This document shows, piece after piece, positions 33,635 to 36,722 of a DNA stretch of 36,722 nucleotides. The notes under the pieces were generated by a model. That model did not search any database, was not told the DNA's origin, and saw only the letters and a list, made by a program, of their open reading frames with translations. A program made the translations under genes and the position numbers. The first letter of the stretch is position 1, and each line of letters starts with the position of its first letter. Location: positions 1 to 36,722 of the forward strand of contig JAPKYG010000119.1 of NCBI GenBank assembly GCA_026394435.1, in the 5' to 3' direction. Source of the stretch: Methanobacteriota archaeon (lineage in GTDB: Archaea > Thermoplasmatota > E2 > DHVEG-1).

Positions 33635-35629
33635 ATGACGAGAGAAAACTTCCCTTCATTTATCCCTGCAGAAAAAACCATTCCAGAATTAACGATTAAA
33701 GCCATACTGGTGGGGATATTCCTCGCCATCGTTCTTGGAGCAGCAAACGCATACCTCGGACTCTACGCAGGAATGACGGTTTCTGCAATCATCCCTGGCG
33801 CAGTCATGGCTCTCGCATTGATGAAACCATTCAAACCAACGATTCTCGAAGTCAACATCGCAACCATGGGCGCATCAGCAGGGGAGTGTATCGCAGCAGG
33901 AGTCATCTTCACCATCCCAGCCCTTATTTTAGTAGGAGCATGGACCGAGATACACTACCTAGAAACAACGTTCATCTCGCTCATTGGAGGAATACTTGGT
34001 GTCCTCTGGATGGTCCCTCTCCGACGAGCGCTCGTCGTCAAAACAGATCTTCCGTTCCCTGAAGGAATCGCGGTCGCAGCGGTTCTCACGACAACAGTCG
34101 GCGGAGAACAAGTCGAGAAAAAAGACCGTGTGAGCGGGATCTGGCTTGTCATTGGCGCTCTAGCCGCAGCACTATTCAAATTCGGACAACTGTCGCTCAA
34201 TCTCTTTCGCGATACCATCGATGGCATGGTCAGCATCGGAAAATACGCGATTTTTGGAAAAGAGCATGAAGCATGGTTCTACGGTGGAACCACCACGTCA
34301 CCTGCACTCCTTGCCGTCGGATGGATCATCGGACCACGGATCTCATCTTATGTACTCGTAGGAGGGCTGTTCGGTTGGGTCATTATAGCACCGCTCCTTA
34401 TCCTCGTCACCGGACTCCCAGCCCCAACCACAGAATACACCGGATTAGGTACCCTGATCGGAGGGTTCTACACCATCTGGGGTGAACAGGTACGATACAT
34501 CGGTGTCGGAACAATGCTCATTGGTGGCCTCTGGGCCGTGTACTCCATTCGAACAAACCTTGTCGACAGCGTCAAAGAAGCAGCAATGGGATTACGAAAA
34601 CAGGGATCGAAAACACAAAAACGCACCGAACAAGATTTGAACTACAAACTCGTTTTTATAGCCATTGGAGCAATGGTATTGCCGATTTTTGTGTTATACC
34701 AGCTACTCTCGGGGCTCATGGGCATTTCGATTATTATGGCGATTCTTACCATTTTTCTCGCATTCATCGCCAGCGCACTCGCAGGATACCTCACCGGTCT
34801 TGTCGGCTCTTCCAACTGCCCAATCTCAGGAGTAACGGTCACCATACTTCTTATTGTCAGCTTACTTATGCTTGGACTCGGAGCAACAGGATTACAAGGA
34901 ATGGCAATCGTGATTTTCATCTCCGCGGTCGTCTGCATCGGCGGATCAATCTCCGGAGATCTGCTGCAAACCATGGCATCCGGTCAAATGATCGGAGCAA
35001 CACCAAAGAAACTACAGATCTCGATGATCTTCGGAGTGGTTGCAATCTCTGCCGTGGTCGGAATCGTCATCGGTGTGTTACACCAGGCGTTTACTATTGG
35101 CAGCACGAAACTTCCAGCTCCACAAGCATTCCTCATGAAAGGAATCGTTCAAGGAATCCTAGGAGGAAACATGCTCTGGCCGTACGTGGTTGCCGGCGCG
35201 GTACTCGCGTTCGTCCTCATCCTCATTGAACTCCCAGTGCTTCCAGTTGCAATTGGAATCTATCTCCCATTTACTCTTTCCGTCCCGATCTTCATCGGCG
35301 GAGGCATCCGCTACATGACCGATGCGGTCCTAAAGAAGAAATACGGGAGCGCGGAAGAGGAAGAACTCAGCGACTGGGAGCTTGCCATCAAACAAACCGG
35401 GGTCACACCAAAGGAAAAAGCGATACGAACCGGACTCTTATTCACCGCAGGACTTGTCGCTGGCGAAGCATTAATGGGCGTAGTCGTCGCAGTCCTCATT
35501 GTGCTCGGGATTCAGCTTGCAATCTTCGAAACCGCACCCTGGTGGCCAGGACTCCTCGTGTTCGTATACATCGGTGCACTTCTTGCATATATCCCGATAC
35601 GAGAAATTATATCTAACAAAAAACACTGA
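33635..35629 (+). CDS. OPT-family oligopeptide transporter
   Basis: About 16 hydrophobic helices. The N-terminus (ELTIKAILVGI.LA.VLGAANAYLGLYAGMTVSA.IP) is typical of the OPT superfamily. The ATG at 33635 is preferred over the track TTG at 33626. Confidence 0.9.
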   Translation: MTRENFPSFIPAEKTIPELTIKAILVGIFLAIVLGAANAYLGLYAGMTVSAIIPGAVMALALMKPFKPTILEVNIATMGASAGECIAAGVIFTIPALILVGAWTEIHYLETTFISLIGGILGVLWMVPLRRALVVKTDLPFPEGIAVAAVLTTTVGGEQVEKKDRVSGIWLVIGALAAALFKFGQLSLNLFRDTIDGMVSIGKYAIFGKEHEAWFYGGTTTSPALLAVGWIIGPRISSYVLVGGLFGWVIIAPLLILVTGLPAPTTEYTGLGTLIGGFYTIWGEQVRYIGVGTMLIGGLWAVYSIRTNLVDSVKEAAMGLRKQGSKTQKRTEQDLNYKLVFIAIGAMVLPIFVLYQLLSGLMGISIIMAILTIFLAFIASALAGYLTGLVGSSNCPISGVTVTILLIVSLLMLGLGATGLQGMAIVIFISAVVCIGGSISGDLLQTMASGQMIGATPKKLQISMIFGVVAISAVVGIVIGVLHQAFTIGSTKLPAPQAFLMKGIVQGILGGNMLWPYVVAGAVLAFVLILIELPVLPVAIGIYLPFTLSVPIFIGGGIRYMTDAVLKKKYGSAEEEELSDWELAIKQTGVTPKEKAIRTGLLFTAGLVAGEALMGVVVAVLIVLGIQLAIFETAPWWPGLLVFVYIGALLAYIPIREIISNKKH

Positions 35630-35708
35630 AATAAAGACATCTACTTTACTTCATACAGATTATTGGAGAAGTATTAAAGCTGACTTAGGTATATTATAGA
35701 CTTGATAG

Positions 35709-35736
35709 TGTAATGTCAACCGACATCGCTAACGTT
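35709..35736. repeat. IS481-like left terminal inverted repeat
   Basis: See the mobile element entry. It overlaps the transposase stop codon region. Confidence 0.7.
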
Positions 35737-36637
35737 CATAATAGAATGATGCTGGTATTCCCTCAACACCAAGGGAATATCGTACATTGTTGAACCATTC
35801 TATGTATTCAGACAGAAGAAGTGAAACGTTTTCGAAAACCTTGTCAAGGACAAGATACTCTTCTTTGAGATTGCGAATAGCCCGTTCAACCTTTCCCTTG
35901 GTTTCTGGATAATATGGAGGTGCGGGTTCATATTTCACCTTGTTTGTCTTGCACCAGCGTTTGAGATCATTGCTTTTAAACTGGGATCCGTTGTCGCAGA
36001 GGAGACGTTTGGGACCTCCATATCTTTTCACTGCCCATTCCAAGGCAGTGACCACCTCTTCTTTCTTGATGGAGGTATAGAGTCCGCAGTAGATAATGAA
36101 CCGTGAATGGTCATCAATAATCACCAGTGCATACAACCGTTTTCCATCAAGGAGAAACGGTCCTTTGATGTCGATCTGCCAAAGGCCATTTGGTTTTCGT
36201 GCCCTGAAATATTTCCAATCCTTTTTGTTCCTCTGGTATGGAGAACCATTCCGTCTGTGTTTTTTCAGAATGATATTCACGGTTTGGCGACTAAGGTTCA
36301 CTGATTGCCAGTCACTGCCGGTAATCGTAGTAAGCAAATGGTGAATGTATCCCGGTGGACATCGAAGATTAAGAGATATCCTGTATGTACCCCAGTTGAA
36401 AGAATCACGGAGGACGATGATAGCATTTTCAATCTCTTGTGTTACCTTTGAGTATGTTTTCAATGGTCGTTGTGAACGGCTTCTGTAACTGTCTTTTCCA
36501 GGATGGTATGCTCGTTTCCTCCATTTCCATACCACCCATCGACTGACACCGAAGATAGCAGCGATGTCTTTGATTTTGTATCCTTTTTTGTAAGCTTTAA
36601 CAATACGTCTTCGTATTTCAGGTGTAAGTGATCCCAT
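35729..36637 (-). CDS. IS481-family DDE transposase (HTH plus rve integrase core)
   Basis: The N-terminal HTH is YKIKDIAAIFGVSRWVVWKW. The DDE core is WQIDIKGPF, VIIDDHSRF, LCDNGSQFKS and PYYPETKGKVERAIRNLKEE. Confidence 0.9.
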   Translation of the reverse strand: MGSLTPEIRRRIVKAYKKGYKIKDIAAIFGVSRWVVWKWRKRAYHPGKDSYRSRSQRPLKTYSKVTQEIENAIIVLRDSFNWGTYRISLNLRCPPGYIHHLLTTITGSDWQSVNLSRQTVNIILKKHRRNGSPYQRNKKDWKYFRARKPNGLWQIDIKGPFLLDGKRLYALVIIDDHSRFIIYCGLYTSIKKEEVVTALEWAVKRYGGPKRLLCDNGSQFKSNDLKRWCKTNKVKYEPAPPYYPETKGKVERAIRNLKEEYLVLDKVFENVSLLLSEYIEWFNNVRYSLGVEGIPASFYYER

Positions 36638-36694
36638 CCCTCTTCATCCCAAGATTAGGGATGTGATCACTTCATTGTTAATGTTTTTTACAAA

Positions 36695-36722
36695 AATGTT
36701 GGCGATGTCACTTTACTTTACA
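36695..36722. repeat. IS481-like right terminal inverted repeat (coincides with the last base of the window)
   Basis: See the mobile element entry. Confidence 0.7.

Larger units (their letters stand above)
35709..36722 (-). mobile_element. IS481-family insertion sequence, apparently complete (1014 bp), ending at the window edge
   Basis: A single DDE transposase ORF is flanked by imperfect 28-nt terminal inverted repeats starting with TGT. The left repeat, 35709-35736, is TGTAATGTCAACCGACATCGCTAACGTT. The reverse complement of 36695-36722 is TGTAAAGTAAAGTGACATCGCCAACATT. About 21 of 28 positions match. Confidence 0.8.

Noticed and set aside
35643-35657. ACTTTACTTCATACA just left of the IS, resembling the IS right terminus ACTTTACTTTACA (36710-36722)
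   Set aside because: Only a 9-nt identical core is shared, and it is in direct rather than inverted orientation relative to the adjacent left IR. It could be chance, a target preference, or a relic of an older IS end. This cannot be decided without the missing right flank.

Overview
The window looks like archaeal chromosome. Evidence: an archaeal-type rpl18e-rpl13-rps9-rpoN operon, an RPA plus RPA-associated protein pair, a GPN-loop GTPase, a split transketolase, and TATA-like boxes about 25 nt upstream of many start codons. I see four blocks.

(1) About 1-8500 is an accessory island of small toxin-antitoxin and abortive-infection-type modules. It holds a retropepsin-like protease with a small partner, a PIN protein with a mini-ORF, a VapB-like gene with a frameshifted PIN, MNT/HEPN, AbiEi/AbiEii, a Cys-rich small protein and an AAA_14/DUF4143-type ATPase.

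(2) About 8900-19300 encodes envelope and secreted functions. These are a PKD/DUF11-like surface protein, small secreted or membrane proteins, DUF89, a TIGR00725/LOG-like protein, a membrane-tethered wHTH regulator, a very AT-rich caspase-like peptidase gene, and an ABC-2 exporter.

(3) About 19300-35630 is housekeeping: ribosomal proteins, rpoN, pyrE, purD, a GPN GTPase, RPA/Rpap, fhs, a nitrilase-family hydrolase and transketolase N and C subunits. It also carries a secreted gingipain-like peptidase next to an OPT peptide transporter.

(4) 35709-36722 is a complete IS481-like insertion sequence whose terminal inverted repeat ends exactly at the window edge.

I found no rRNA, tRNA or CRISPR array.

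The most unusual signal is in the island. The co-oriented TA cassettes between about 850 and 4500 are separated by four copies of one conserved non-coding element. Each copy carries tandem 24-25 nt direct repeats with consensus cATTTCCCA-N3-TCGTCRCCT. The layout resembles integron or VCR cassette arrays, but I see no attC-like hairpin or GTTRRRY core by eye. This could be an undescribed cassette-boundary or recombination system, or a shared regulatory element.

All functional calls come from motif recognition by eye. No database search was run.
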